Part shown: one piece after another, positions 19,121 to 27,982 of the stretch | Numbering within the stretch: position 1 is the first letter of the stretch | Layout: the number at the start of each line of letters is the position of its first letter | Assembly: GCA_963796105.1 (NCBI GenBank) | Contig: CAWCKJ010000003.1 | Coordinates: 576,001-640,000 of the forward strand | Reading direction: 5' to 3' | DNA from: a candidate division FCPU426 bacterium | Lineage (GTDB): Bacteria > Oederibacteriota > Muellerivitia > Muellerivitales > Muellerivitaceae | Length of the DNA stretch: 64,000 bases | Translations under genes and position numbers: made by a program | Notes under the pieces: model-generated | The model's input: only the letters and a program-made list of their open reading frames with translations | The model's database searches: none | Told to the model about the DNA's origin: nothing

Positions 19121-19900
19121 TCATAGTTTTGCCTCTTTTTCCCTGCTGTGTTCTTTTTTCATTTCTTCGCGCATGGAACGGGTCCGAAAGGAAGGGCCCT
19201 GAATGACGACGGCAGTGGCATGGTGGACCAGGCGGTCCATGGCAGCCGAGGCTAGGAGGGCGTCGCCGAAAAGCTCCGGCCACTCCCGCAGACTGCGGTT
19301 GGTGGTAAAAATCAAGGAGCCCTTTTCATAACGCTCACAGATGATGTCGTAAAAATCCTCGGCGACCTTGGTGTCGAAGGGCTTGAGACCCCAGTCGTCC
19401 AGGATCAAGAGGTCGGGTTTCAGGAAGGATGCGAATCGGTTTTCCCAGGTACCGTCCCCGCGCGAGGCCGCTAATCGTTGGGCCGCATGCGAGGTCTTGA
19501 TAAAGAGTACCTCATAACCCTTGCGGCAGACTTCATGGGCCAAAGCGCAGGCCAAATGGGTTTTGCCCACACCTGAGGGACCGATGAAAAATAGGTTCTC
19601 TTTTCGCTCCACGAAAGAACAAGTACCCAAATCCAGGATTTGTTGCCGGTTGATGGCCGGGTTGAAGGCGAAATCGAACCCCGTTAGAGTCATATGGGTT
19701 GAGAAGCCCGCCTTTTTCAGCCTTCTTTGGAGTTGGCCCACTTGGCGGCGCTCCAGCTCATCCAACAGCAACTGGCCCAGGAAATCCATATAACCGATCT
19801 GGGATTCAATGGCCTGCTGGTTTCGGATTTCCAGCGTCTCCAACATACCTGCGAGTTTTAACCTTCTCAGGTGCGGCTCCAACTGATGTTTATTTTCCAT
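19121..19900 (-). CDS. istB: IS21 helper AAA+ ATPase
   Basis: GPSGVGKTHLA, LLILDDWG and DRLVHH motifs; ATG 19900 with GAGGAGG RBS. Confidence 0.96.
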   Translation of the reverse strand: MENKHQLEPHLRRLKLAGMLETLEIRNQQAIESQIGYMDFLGQLLLDELERRQVGQLQRRLKKAGFSTHMTLTGFDFAFNPAINRQQILDLGTCSFVERKENLFFIGPSGVGKTHLACALAHEVCRKGYEVLFIKTSHAAQRLAASRGDGTWENRFASFLKPDLLILDDWGLKPFDTKVAEDFYDIICERYEKGSLIFTTNRSLREWPELFGDALLASAAMDRLVHHATAVVIQGPSFRTRSMREEMKKEHSREKEAKL

Positions 19901-19913
19901 ATATGCTTCCTCC

Positions 19914-21470
19914 TCAATTTTTATCCAGAGCCAAGGCACGGAGGAAATCCTCCGCGGGCCGGGCGAAATCGAAAGACGACTGGGGTTTGAGTGAAGGATC
20001 CGACGGCGGGTCCAACGGGTTTTGATCGAGGTTCTTTTGAAGGATGTTTTTGATGGATTGGTACGTGTAGTTTCCGAAATGGAGGGCCCTTAGACAGGCT
20101 GCCTCCAGACGGGAAGGCAGGTACTTTTCCCTCAAGCGCAGAATGCCCTGGGCTTTGCGCAGATGGTCCAGGGGGTGGGAGTGTTCCAGCAGGAGTTGGA
20201 TTAATTGATGGGTATTAGGTCCAATGGCCTGGGCCTGTTTGAGGCACCATTGTGGGGTTCGTTCCAAGAAGACCGCTTTTTCAGGGGGATAGTGGCCCGG
20301 GTTGGTGCGCCAGGTTCCCTTGCGTGTGGCCTTGGCGTGGGAAGCCACGCATTCGTGTTTGAGAAATATATCAACGGTGGTGTCGGTTAATTGGGCCAGT
20401 AGTTTTTGGCCCCGAAGACGGTAGGGAGCCGAGTAATAGGAACCTTCCACGACTACGTGGCAATCGGGGTGCAGAGTGGCTTCTTTGAAGAAAGTTGGAT
20501 GGTAAGCCGCGGTAGGCAGGGGCAAAAGGGCCTTCTGTTCCACGCTCTGGAAGACGGCCAAGGGTTGAAGCCGGGTGGTGCCATGATCCCGTAAACCTGC
20601 CTTGTTCATCACCCAATCGCGGAGTTGATGGTTGGCATCGGTGCGGCCCTGGAAGGAACGACCCTTGAAGAAGGAATTACGGACATAGGGCACGCCGCGT
20701 TCAACTTTACCCTTGTGGCGTGGAGTGGCGACGCGGCAAGGGGAGATGATGAAGCCGTAATGGTTGGCGCATTCCACGTAGGTACGGTTGGCCAAGGGAT
20801 CATAGAGGGCCGCCTTGACGATGGCGCTTTTCAGGTTATCGATTACGATTTTTTTAGGGACTGAATTGAAGAACTCGAAAGCCCGGCGGTGGCAGGCGAT
20901 CCAGGTTCTCACGTCCTGTGCGAATACAATCTCGGCGTACATATGCCGGGAATGGGAAAGGGTCATCACGAAAACCCAGGCCTTGGCTTGCTTGCCACGC
21001 GTCTCGTCCCACAAGCGGCCCAAAAGCCCGAAATCCACTTGGGCCTCCTCGCCGGGCGCAACCTCCAGCCTCACGTAGGCGGGTTTCTCATTGCGAAAAG
21101 GCTCCGTATACCTCTTCAGGGTCGAGTAACTCCCCTTCCACCCGTGCCGCTCTTGAAGCATCTCCTGGATGCGAATCAAGGTGAAATCTTCCTTCAACCA
21201 TTCTTGGATGATTCCCTTGAGGGCCTCCAAGGCATGAGCGGGAACGGGCGTGGATTTTTCGCCGTCTTCCCAAGCCTTCGCCAAATCCTTTTCCAGGGGA
21301 AGTTCCCCTTGGAGAAAGCCATGTTCTTTCGCCCAACGCACGTATTGCTTGACCGTGTGCTTATTGCATCCCAGGGCCCGGGCAGTGGGTTTGAACCCGC
21401 CCAAGGCCTGGTAAGTCCTCAAAATCTCACGAATAGTCGCCATGTCGCTCTGCCTCCCTTGTCGGGTCAT
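19914..21470 (-). CDS. istA: IS21 DDE transposase
   Basis: PGEEAQVDFG, IVIDNLKS and KGKVERGV motifs. Confidence 0.96.
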   Translation of the reverse strand: MTRQGRQSDMATIREILRTYQALGGFKPTARALGCNKHTVKQYVRWAKEHGFLQGELPLEKDLAKAWEDGEKSTPVPAHALEALKGIIQEWLKEDFTLIRIQEMLQERHGWKGSYSTLKRYTEPFRNEKPAYVRLEVAPGEEAQVDFGLLGRLWDETRGKQAKAWVFVMTLSHSRHMYAEIVFAQDVRTWIACHRRAFEFFNSVPKKIVIDNLKSAIVKAALYDPLANRTYVECANHYGFIISPCRVATPRHKGKVERGVPYVRNSFFKGRSFQGRTDANHQLRDWVMNKAGLRDHGTTRLQPLAVFQSVEQKALLPLPTAAYHPTFFKEATLHPDCHVVVEGSYYSAPYRLRGQKLLAQLTDTTVDIFLKHECVASHAKATRKGTWRTNPGHYPPEKAVFLERTPQWCLKQAQAIGPNTHQLIQLLLEHSHPLDHLRKAQGILRLREKYLPSRLEAACLRALHFGNYTYQSIKNILQKNLDQNPLDPPSDPSLKPQSSFDFARPAEDFLRALALDKN

Positions 21471-21633
21471 GCCGTTCTCCTCACATGAAGTGAAAAAAGA
21501 AAGGAATGACGGTTAGAGAGGCCCTTGGCAAGGGGGTCAAAGTCGGTGGCCAGACAGGGGGTCAAAGTGACTGGCCAGAGGTGGGGTCAAAGTGCTTGGC
21601 CAGCTAGGGGGTTAAAGCTCGCGGCCAATGACA

Positions 21634-21814
21634 GTTGGGGCTTCCAATACTGGGTTGAGGGTTTTCCAAATACTGGGTTGTACTGGGTTGAGGCTTCCAA
21701 TACTGGGTTGCGGGTTTTCCAAATACTGGGTTGTACTGGGTTGGGCCTCCAATACTGGGTTGAGGGTTTTCCAAATACTAGGTTGTACTGGGTTGGGCCT
21801 CCAATACTGGGTTG
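21634..21814. repeat. 53-bp TACTGGGTTG array, right part
   Basis: Continues in register after the IS target duplication; about three further units. Confidence 0.95.
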
Positions 21815-21847
21815 TGGAATCCTGAAACCTTGGAACTGGCTTGGAAC

Positions 21848-22140
21848 CACGGAAATCACGGCTCCGGCCAACGAAAACCACGGCACCGGATGGCGGAAAT
21901 CTCGACGTCGGACGACGGAAAGCCCGTCACCGGACGATGGAAATCCCGCACCGGACGGTGGAAATCCCGACATCGGATGGCGGGAACCCCCTCCACGTAT
22001 GGTGGAAATCCCGATTCTGCGGTCAGGACTCCCGACACTTGCGGGCAGGGCATCCAGCATCTGTGGACAGGCTTCCGACACCTGCGGGCAGGGCTTTCGG
22101 CACATGCGGGCAGGGTTTCTCGTCACCGGACGGCGGAATA
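21848..22140. repeat. two further 21-22 bp tandem repeat families
   Basis: About 7-8 x CGGAYGRYGGAAATCCCG-like units, then 5 x TGCGGGCAGG-N11/12. Confidence 0.8.
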
Positions 22141-22580
22141 TCCAGTGGTGATTCGCGCAATACCCCCAAAACTCTTTTAAAAAAGCATCCTGCCCAGCGG
22201 CTGTGCAAAACCCATTTTTCCGAGGAAGTTTTGTCCCGCCACGGGACAATATTGTCACGTTAATTGGTTTAAACCCGAAATTTTGTCCCTCGGCGGTACA
22301 AATAACACCCAAGGGGTCCCAATCAAGCAACTTTTGGGCAATCGCGCAACTTCCCAATCGATTCGCGCAAGGTTGAATCGCGCAACCCTTCTATGGACTC
22401 AGGGCTGGCATCCAATCGCATGATTCTTAGCTTCTAGTCTTTACCCTGCGACGGGGCAAAATGTCGCCGAGAAACACTGCCATGTCGCCGGTAAACCGGA
22501 TATGTCGCGTGGAAAACCCAAAACTCCATTGGGAAATCCAATCCAGGCTGAACCCTTAGTTCCCGGCAATAGGTGCCCAT

Positions 22581-24707
22581 TTAATGTATTGGTTTTTTAT
22601 TGAAAAAAGATTGAGACTGCGCCGCTAGGGTGTCGAGCTCTTGAAGGGTTTGAGGCGAGGGACGATACATTGAATCCCATTCTCCCGCATCTAAAAAAGT
22701 TTTTTTAGCTTCCGAATAACGTCCGGCTTTTAATAAAATTTTTCCTAAATTGCTGTTCACAATACCATTGGTTCCATATTGCAGGGCTTTTTGGAACGCA
22801 GGAAGGGCCATATCATATTGTTTGTTCCAATAGTAAATATTCGCCAGCTTACCCCAATAATAAAAAGAGAGGAAAGGTTTGCCTTGGAAAAGAGATTCCC
22901 GGTCTCGAAGGAATCGGATTATATCCTCATAGGATTTGCTTAATGGATGGTTGAATAACATATAATCCGTCTCCCGTAGGATTTGATTGGTTTCACTCCA
23001 ATCTTCTAGAATTTTTCTATTATCGGACGTGAGAGGAATAAAAGCCCCAAGGCCGGAATCGACATGTGCAGCACCGTACAATTCAATAAAAGCGATACCT
23101 GTAAATATTTTGGACAAAAGATTCCTACAACTATCATCCGCAATGATAGCGGCCCAAGAATCTTTACCAGGGTCTAAAGACGGATTGACAAGCGAATTAA
23201 AGGAATAGGTGCCAACGGTCAAATATGCCGGCAACCATTCATTCATGCAAAAATCTGAGTAAATGTGGCCAGGACCATAATGGGCATTTTGTTTTGAAAG
23301 ATTCTGGCAAAGTAAAACCATTGGATTCAAGTCGGAAAAATTTCTGTTTGTATTATCAATAGTTTTCGCAAAAGCGTTGGTATCTAAGCTGATGGATACG
23401 GAAAATACTAACCCAATAAATAAAAGCTTGATCGAATCATTAGGCAAACTCTCCAAGACTTTAAAAAATCCCAAAATTATAGTGACAATCAATATGGGTA
23501 ATAATGGTGCTAAATGATAACCAATATTGCTATTGGCCAATAAGCAAGGTAGGAAAAAAACAGCGGAACTAACAGCAATCCATTTTGCCATTGGATGATG
23601 ACGAATACGCCACCATTCCGCAGTTCCGATGAAAAAAAAGCTTCCCAGAATGGGATTAAAAAGTCCACCCCATCCCGAGTAATAATAATAACTGCAAGCG
23701 TAATTTTTAGGCCAACTCGTCCAAAATAAGTTCGTGAAACAAAAAGCATTCTGCCAGAAATGCCAATGTACCGCTTCATTGCCTGTTTGGTTGAAGACTA
23801 ATAGCTTCCAAATATATGCACCAAAATTTTCCCTATAAGCCTCTATACCCAGGGGCAAAGTCGTTAAAAAAAACGCCAATAGACAAAAAACAAAGTCCCA
23901 TTTCGCACGAAACCGTGAATGAAGAAAGTACCACCCAAGAGTGAGAATGATGCATATAGCTATCAGAGGCCAAGCGAAATAAGTGTAAAAGCCAACCCCT
24001 AGTAGAATTCCCAAGAAAATCCAAAGTAGAGCATGCTTACGCGAAGGGTCCGCCTTAAATAATTTAGCAAGTATCCAAAAAGCCAGGGCTTGGCAAGTAA
24101 CCATAAGGCCGTCTTCGCAAGAAAAGTACCCGAGGAAAACCGGCCAAAAACTGAAACCTAATAAAAGAAGACATGAAAAAGAAAAAAATCTTGAGAAAAA
24201 CGCTCGAAAAGCCAAGTAATTAAAAATCACGCTTAAGAAGGAAAAAATTGCAGGGACCAGCCAAAGGATCAAGAAAGAGAAATCAAAGAATTTAATGGCA
24301 ACGGTCAAAAACCAAATATAAAGTGCCGGAATTTGGTGGGAGCGGATGAATAAGTTCCAACTCCAATGGCTATTTAAGTGGATGGCGCAGTAGGCATTCT
24401 CGATTTCATCTACAACCGGAAAAGACAGGGACGAGTTTACGATAAATAGACGAAGAGCCAAAGCCAACCCAAAGGTTAAAGCAACCCATCCCGTTGTTGG
24501 GAAAAAATAATCCCGGGAGAATAAGGGTTGTTCCTTAGACAAAACCGGAGTCTGTTTTTTTATTAAGGCCCAACCCAGAGCACCAAAACCAAGGAGCCCC
24601 CCCAGCTTGATGCGCCAATCTAATTCTGAGTAAGCCAACAAGCTGTTAAGGCCCACCAGGAGTAAGAAAATGACGGTTTGTTTGTTTGTTTTGATAAGTA
24701 TTGGCAA
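22581..24707 (-). CDS. GT-C fold membrane glycosyltransferase (family 39/ArnT/PMT-like) with C-terminal TPR
   Basis: LALRL..DE motif after TM3, many TM segments, C-terminal TPR; visibly AT-rich compared with flanking genes; start uncertain. Confidence 0.65.
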   Translation of the reverse strand: MPILIKTNKQTVIFLLLVGLNSLLAYSELDWRIKLGGLLGFGALGWALIKKQTPVLSKEQPLFSRDYFFPTTGWVALTFGLALALRLFIVNSSLSFPVVDEIENAYCAIHLNSHWSWNLFIRSHQIPALYIWFLTVAIKFFDFSFLILWLVPAIFSFLSVIFNYLAFRAFFSRFFSFSCLLLLGFSFWPVFLGYFSCEDGLMVTCQALAFWILAKLFKADPSRKHALLWIFLGILLGVGFYTYFAWPLIAICIILTLGWYFLHSRFRAKWDFVFCLLAFFLTTLPLGIEAYRENFGAYIWKLLVFNQTGNEAVHWHFWQNAFCFTNLFWTSWPKNYACSYYYYSGWGGLFNPILGSFFFIGTAEWWRIRHHPMAKWIAVSSAVFFLPCLLANSNIGYHLAPLLPILIVTIILGFFKVLESLPNDSIKLLFIGLVFSVSISLDTNAFAKTIDNTNRNFSDLNPMVLLCQNLSKQNAHYGPGHIYSDFCMNEWLPAYLTVGTYSFNSLVNPSLDPGKDSWAAIIADDSCRNLLSKIFTGIAFIELYGAAHVDSGLGAFIPLTSDNRKILEDWSETNQILRETDYMLFNHPLSKSYEDIIRFLRDRESLFQGKPFLSFYYWGKLANIYYWNKQYDMALPAFQKALQYGTNGIVNSNLGKILLKAGRYSEAKKTFLDAGEWDSMYRPSPQTLQELDTLAAQSQSFFNKKPIH

Positions 24708-24844
24708 GATTAATTCCTTATCTAAAAAAGCATTTATCTTCTGTCTTTTCCGGCCGTCAGAAATTAAGTTGGTTTAAGATAAATTCGCAATTTAATATTT
24801 CTTAAGAAATTCTGCTCACAAAGTTCTCGTAGAATACTTTTAAA

Positions 24845-24923
24845 TTATACATCCCGGCCTTTGAGCCAAAACCAAAGGGTTCCAACTAGGCCGAAGCCAG
24901 TGGCGGTAAAAAGGTTCAATTCC
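24845..24923 (-). pseudogene. diverged duplicate of the last 25 codons of the MFS gene
   Basis: Translates ELNLFTATGFGLVGTLWFWLKGRDV* versus ELNLFTATGFGLIGTLWFWLKGRDV* at 25246-25324. Confidence 0.9.
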
Positions 24924-24967
24924 AAAAAAGGTGATTATCCTTAATAAGCCACATTGGTTTTTCATTA

Positions 24968-25111
24968 TCACTTGGGTTCTAAAAGAATTTTCTTCCACAA
25001 AGGAATTATCGGAATCTTTTTTCCATTGATCGTCTTTACCCCCTCCTGCTCAAGGGTTAGAATGCCTCCCTTTTTAACGCCCAAATTGGAAATAACCACC
25101 AACAGACCTTT
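24968..25111 (-). pseudogene. C-terminal remnant resembling an AAA_14/DUF4143 ATPase
   Basis: KGLLVVISNLGVKKGGILTLEQEGVKTINGKKIPIIPLWKKILLEPK* resembles the typical tail of that family; no start codon. Confidence 0.45.
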
Positions 25112-25245
25112 TATTAACCAGTTCTACAATGTAAACACTTTTAGCAATAATCGTTTACATTGTAATATCACCATCTATTCCCTCCAGGACCACTTTCCCC
25201 TCTCACGGGCATTGTCTTTATCCCAAAGAAAGTTCTTAAATTCAC

Positions 25246-26448
25246 TCAAACATCCCGGCCTTTGAGCCAAAACCAAAGGGTTCCGATCAGGCCGAAGCCA
25301 GTAGCAGTAAATAGATTCAATTCCGGGCTAAATGCCCAAAGAAAAGCTCCCCCTAACGCGGCAAGCGACACGATCGTGTCCCTTAAAAGATAATAAAGGC
25401 CGAACATTCCGGCCTTTTGATCCTGCGGAGCCAATTCCAAGATAAGGGCTTTGCGGGCCGGTTCCCCGAATTCCTTTAATCCCCTCAAGACAAACACCAA
25501 TGCCAGCCACCAGAACGAACGGCTGAAATAAAGACAGAGGGGGAATGCCGTGAAAAAGAAAAAGGTCATCAAGACAAAGGGTCGTTTCCCAGCTTGATCT
25601 ACCATTCGGGCGACCGGAAGATAAACCAGAAAGGCAGTCCCCATTTCAATAGCCGTCAGGGTTCCGAAATCAAAAGCTGTCACCGGATGGGTTATTTCCT
25701 TCATGCACCAAAGAATGACAAAGGGGTAGGGTATCTGCTCACAGAACCGGATGAGAATATCCGAAACCAAAAGGCTTCTTAAATCTGGAACCATCTTGCT
25801 AAACAACTTGAAAGGGTTGCCAATCGCCTTACCCTCTCCCTTCCCCGCTTCTCCCATCAAGGCCCATAGGACACCCGATCCTATTAGGCACATAACCAGG
25901 GCCAGGTAAAAGGCCATCCGGACCCCGTCCTTATCCCCATAGACCCCTATGAGGTAACCGCATAGGAGCGGTCCCACAGCCATTGGCACCCGTCTAACCA
26001 AGGAATGTAGGGCGACCCCCATTGTGTGTTTGCTGGAGGGCATGACCTTGGAAACCAGGCTCATGGCGGGTGGCAAGGAAACAGCGGACCAAGTGAGGAA
26101 TAAAACCGCACCAGCCACCGCAAAAACCCAGTGGGGGGCAAAGATGGCCAAAAGGTAACCCAACACCGCCAGCAAGGTGTAAAAAAGAAGGGTGTTTCGG
26201 GGACCGAACTTTTCAGAGATCCACCCAGCAGGAAAAGAAGAAAAAGCCGAAAGAAGGTTCTGGAAGAAATTCAGCGTTCCAATCGCGAAGATGCCGCCGC
26301 CCAGGGCGATAAGGTAGATAGGCAAAAACCTCTCGCCCATGCGCTCTCCCAGGCCGACCAGCATGGTGAGGATCAGCAGGCCAACTATGCTTTTCCGAAG
26401 ACCCAAAAACTCAACGATTCTCTCTTTTATTCCCCGGCTCTCTGCCAT
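25246..26448 (-). CDS. MFS transporter
   Basis: 12-TM pattern; motif A-like GWISEKFGPR and DQAGKRP. Confidence 0.9.
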   Translation of the reverse strand: MAESRGIKERIVEFLGLRKSIVGLLILTMLVGLGERMGERFLPIYLIALGGGIFAIGTLNFFQNLLSAFSSFPAGWISEKFGPRNTLLFYTLLAVLGYLLAIFAPHWVFAVAGAVLFLTWSAVSLPPAMSLVSKVMPSSKHTMGVALHSLVRRVPMAVGPLLCGYLIGVYGDKDGVRMAFYLALVMCLIGSGVLWALMGEAGKGEGKAIGNPFKLFSKMVPDLRSLLVSDILIRFCEQIPYPFVILWCMKEITHPVTAFDFGTLTAIEMGTAFLVYLPVARMVDQAGKRPFVLMTFFFFTAFPLCLYFSRSFWWLALVFVLRGLKEFGEPARKALILELAPQDQKAGMFGLYYLLRDTIVSLAALGGAFLWAFSPELNLFTATGFGLIGTLWFWLKGRDV

Positions 26449-26487
26449 TGATGCAAACTCCTTTTAAGGAACAACCTCAGCAAATCT

Positions 26488-26694
26488 TTTTGCCACGGAT
26501 GCAGGGGATTCATGGAATAAAATCCAAAAATACCCAAACATGGCTGATATGAACCGGTATTCCGAACCACGTAAAAAAAGTTTTTCCGATGGTCAAGAAT
26601 CCGCTTCATAGCCTTCGGCTAGGGTTGTTCAACCCTCTGCCACGCCTAAAAGCCTTTAAGCCATCCCTTGCATCCCATGAATCCGTGGCTAAAA
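26488..26694. repeat. inverted-repeat dispersed element (GCCACGGAT...ATCCGTGGC type)
   Basis: TTTGCCACGGATGCAGGGGATTCATGG ... CATCCCATGAATCCGTGGCTAAA; the right arm is also present at 27945. Confidence 0.55.
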
Positions 26695-26908
26695 CTTCTT
26701 TTGATTTTATCTTGTTTATTACGAAATCTGCGCCAAGTTAAGAACAGCCTGGTAACGGCTTTCCAACCTCCTTCTTAAGAACCGGTTCTCTTCCCGAACA
26801 AGGCCTGGGTCCTTGGTCACCAGGGCCTGAGCACCCCTTCTCGCTTCCTCCACCACATCCACATCCCTCTTCAAGTCCACAATCCTGCCTTCCCTGCGCC
26901 CCGACTGG
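26681..26908 (-). pseudogene. diverged 228-bp duplicate of the recG 3' end plus downstream flank
   Basis: Colinear with 27945-28172; encodes QSGRREGRIVDLKRD...QAVLNLAQIS* with 3 of 62 residues different and many synonymous changes. Confidence 0.93.
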
Positions 26909-27030
26909 TTTATCAGGACAAAAAGAAAAACCCCGCAAAAGCCTTATCCAGCTTGAGCGAGGTTCGTTTTCGGTTCGAGTGTCAGACATCAAATTTTCTG
27001 CCTTTTTTCACTTCCCCGTCATATGCATAG

Positions 27031-27369
27031 TTATCGAATATTATGTTTTCTCGCCTTTTCAATCTCATTAACAAATTCCACACGGTCTTTTGCGCTATCC
27101 CTTAGTCCCATGCCAAGAACCTTTTGTGCATGAGGCTGAATAGCCTTCATAAACGCCTGCCATTTAGGGTCGTTCGATTGCAGGTCTTGTGCTATCGCCC
27201 GGTCAATAGCTTCACGGGCATACGAGGAAAAATCCTCTACTTTTAGTTCCCGCATGGCCTTAAACCAATACTGCCTTTGCCGTGGGTCAACCCGGAACCG
27301 AAGCATAGCCTCTTTGCGCACCGCATGCGCCGCTTGTTCCCGCTTGGAATACTTTACTAATGTTTTCAT
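27031..27369 (-). CDS. putative ribbon-helix-helix protein (candidate antitoxin)
   Basis: KEAMLRFRVDPRQRQYW..AM...FSSYAREAI RHH-like pattern; GGAGG RBS. Confidence 0.55.
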   Translation of the reverse strand: MKTLVKYSKREQAAHAVRKEAMLRFRVDPRQRQYWFKAMRELKVEDFSSYAREAIDRAIAQDLQSNDPKWQAFMKAIQPHAQKVLGMGLRDSAKDRVEFVNEIEKARKHNIR

Positions 27370-27408
27370 CGTGCCCTCCATGACCTAATTGTAGCTACAT
27401 CGTTGCCA

Positions 27409-27732
27409 CTAGTCAACATTGGCCTTTTCCCCCGTCAGGAAAAGTTTGTAAATCCAGCAAGTTTCCTCCCAAACCTTATAAACCGCCCGAATGGTGATTT
27501 GCCTGTCTTCGCTATGAACCCAAAAGGTCATGGGATTAAATTGGTCACGGGCTGGAATCGAAAAATAATCAGGGTGGGGCGGGTATTTTCCAAGGAGCTT
27601 CTTGAGCTTTTCGTAAATCTCACCCAATATCTGGCCCTTATCTTTAATGGCCAACATAGATTTCTTCTTGGCTTCAACGCTTGGGAATTCTCGAACAACC
27701 CAATGCTTAACATCTTCCGGCCGAATGTGCAT
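27409..27732 (-). CDS. small basic hypothetical protein (candidate RelE/ParE-like toxin)
   Basis: 107 aa; C-terminal IRAVYKV...CWIYKLF beta-strand pattern; directly upstream of the RHH gene. Confidence 0.4.
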   Translation of the reverse strand: MHIRPEDVKHWVVREFPSVEAKKKSMLAIKDKGQILGEIYEKLKKLLGKYPPHPDYFSIPARDQFNPMTFWVHSEDRQITIRAVYKVWEETCWIYKLFLTGEKANVD

Positions 27733-27804
27733 TTCCTATGCTCTCCAAAGTTTAAGGAGTCCTTCGTGTTGATTATATCCATCAAGAATTAACCCGCTAG
27801 TCCC

Positions 27805-27867
27805 ATAAATGAAGCTTTCCGAGAGGCTTGGGCCTGAAACGCTGATCAACCGGTTGGCCGCATCCCA
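27805..27867 (-). pseudogene. RHS/YD-repeat fragment
   Basis: WDAANRLISVSGPSLSESFIY resembles a single YD repeat. Confidence 0.4.
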
Positions 27868-27982
27868 TGCATGCCAGCCTTCTATAAAATTTAAGGAGGC
27901 TGATATCGTACCGATTTCCAAATAACTTTATATAAAATCGGCACATCCGTGGCTAAAACTTCTTTCGTCTTTATCTTGATTA

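Larger units (their letters stand above)
18863..21633 (-). mobile_element. complete IS21-family insertion sequence (2771 bp)
   Basis: Ends TGTCACTGGCCAGCCACTTTAACCCC and GGGGTTAAAGCTCGCGGCCAATGACA; subterminal GGGGTCAAAGT..TGGCCAG repeats at 21530-21630; 5-bp target duplication GTTGG (18858-62 and 21634-38); istA and istB inside. Confidence 0.96.

Noticed and set aside
18535..21814. CRISPR array
   Set aside because: Units are near-identical with no unique 25-45 bp spacers, the repeats are not CRISPR-like, and no cas genes are in the window
21525..22357. ORFs of 208 and 256 aa over the IS end and right repeat field
   Set aside because: They cross the IS boundary and are translations of repeats
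26950..26990. tRNA fragment or att site suggested by GGTTCG motifs
   Set aside because: No T-stem, acceptor stem or cloverleaf can be formed
26738..26992. 84-aa ORF
   Set aside because: Mostly an out-of-frame reading of the duplicated recG tail
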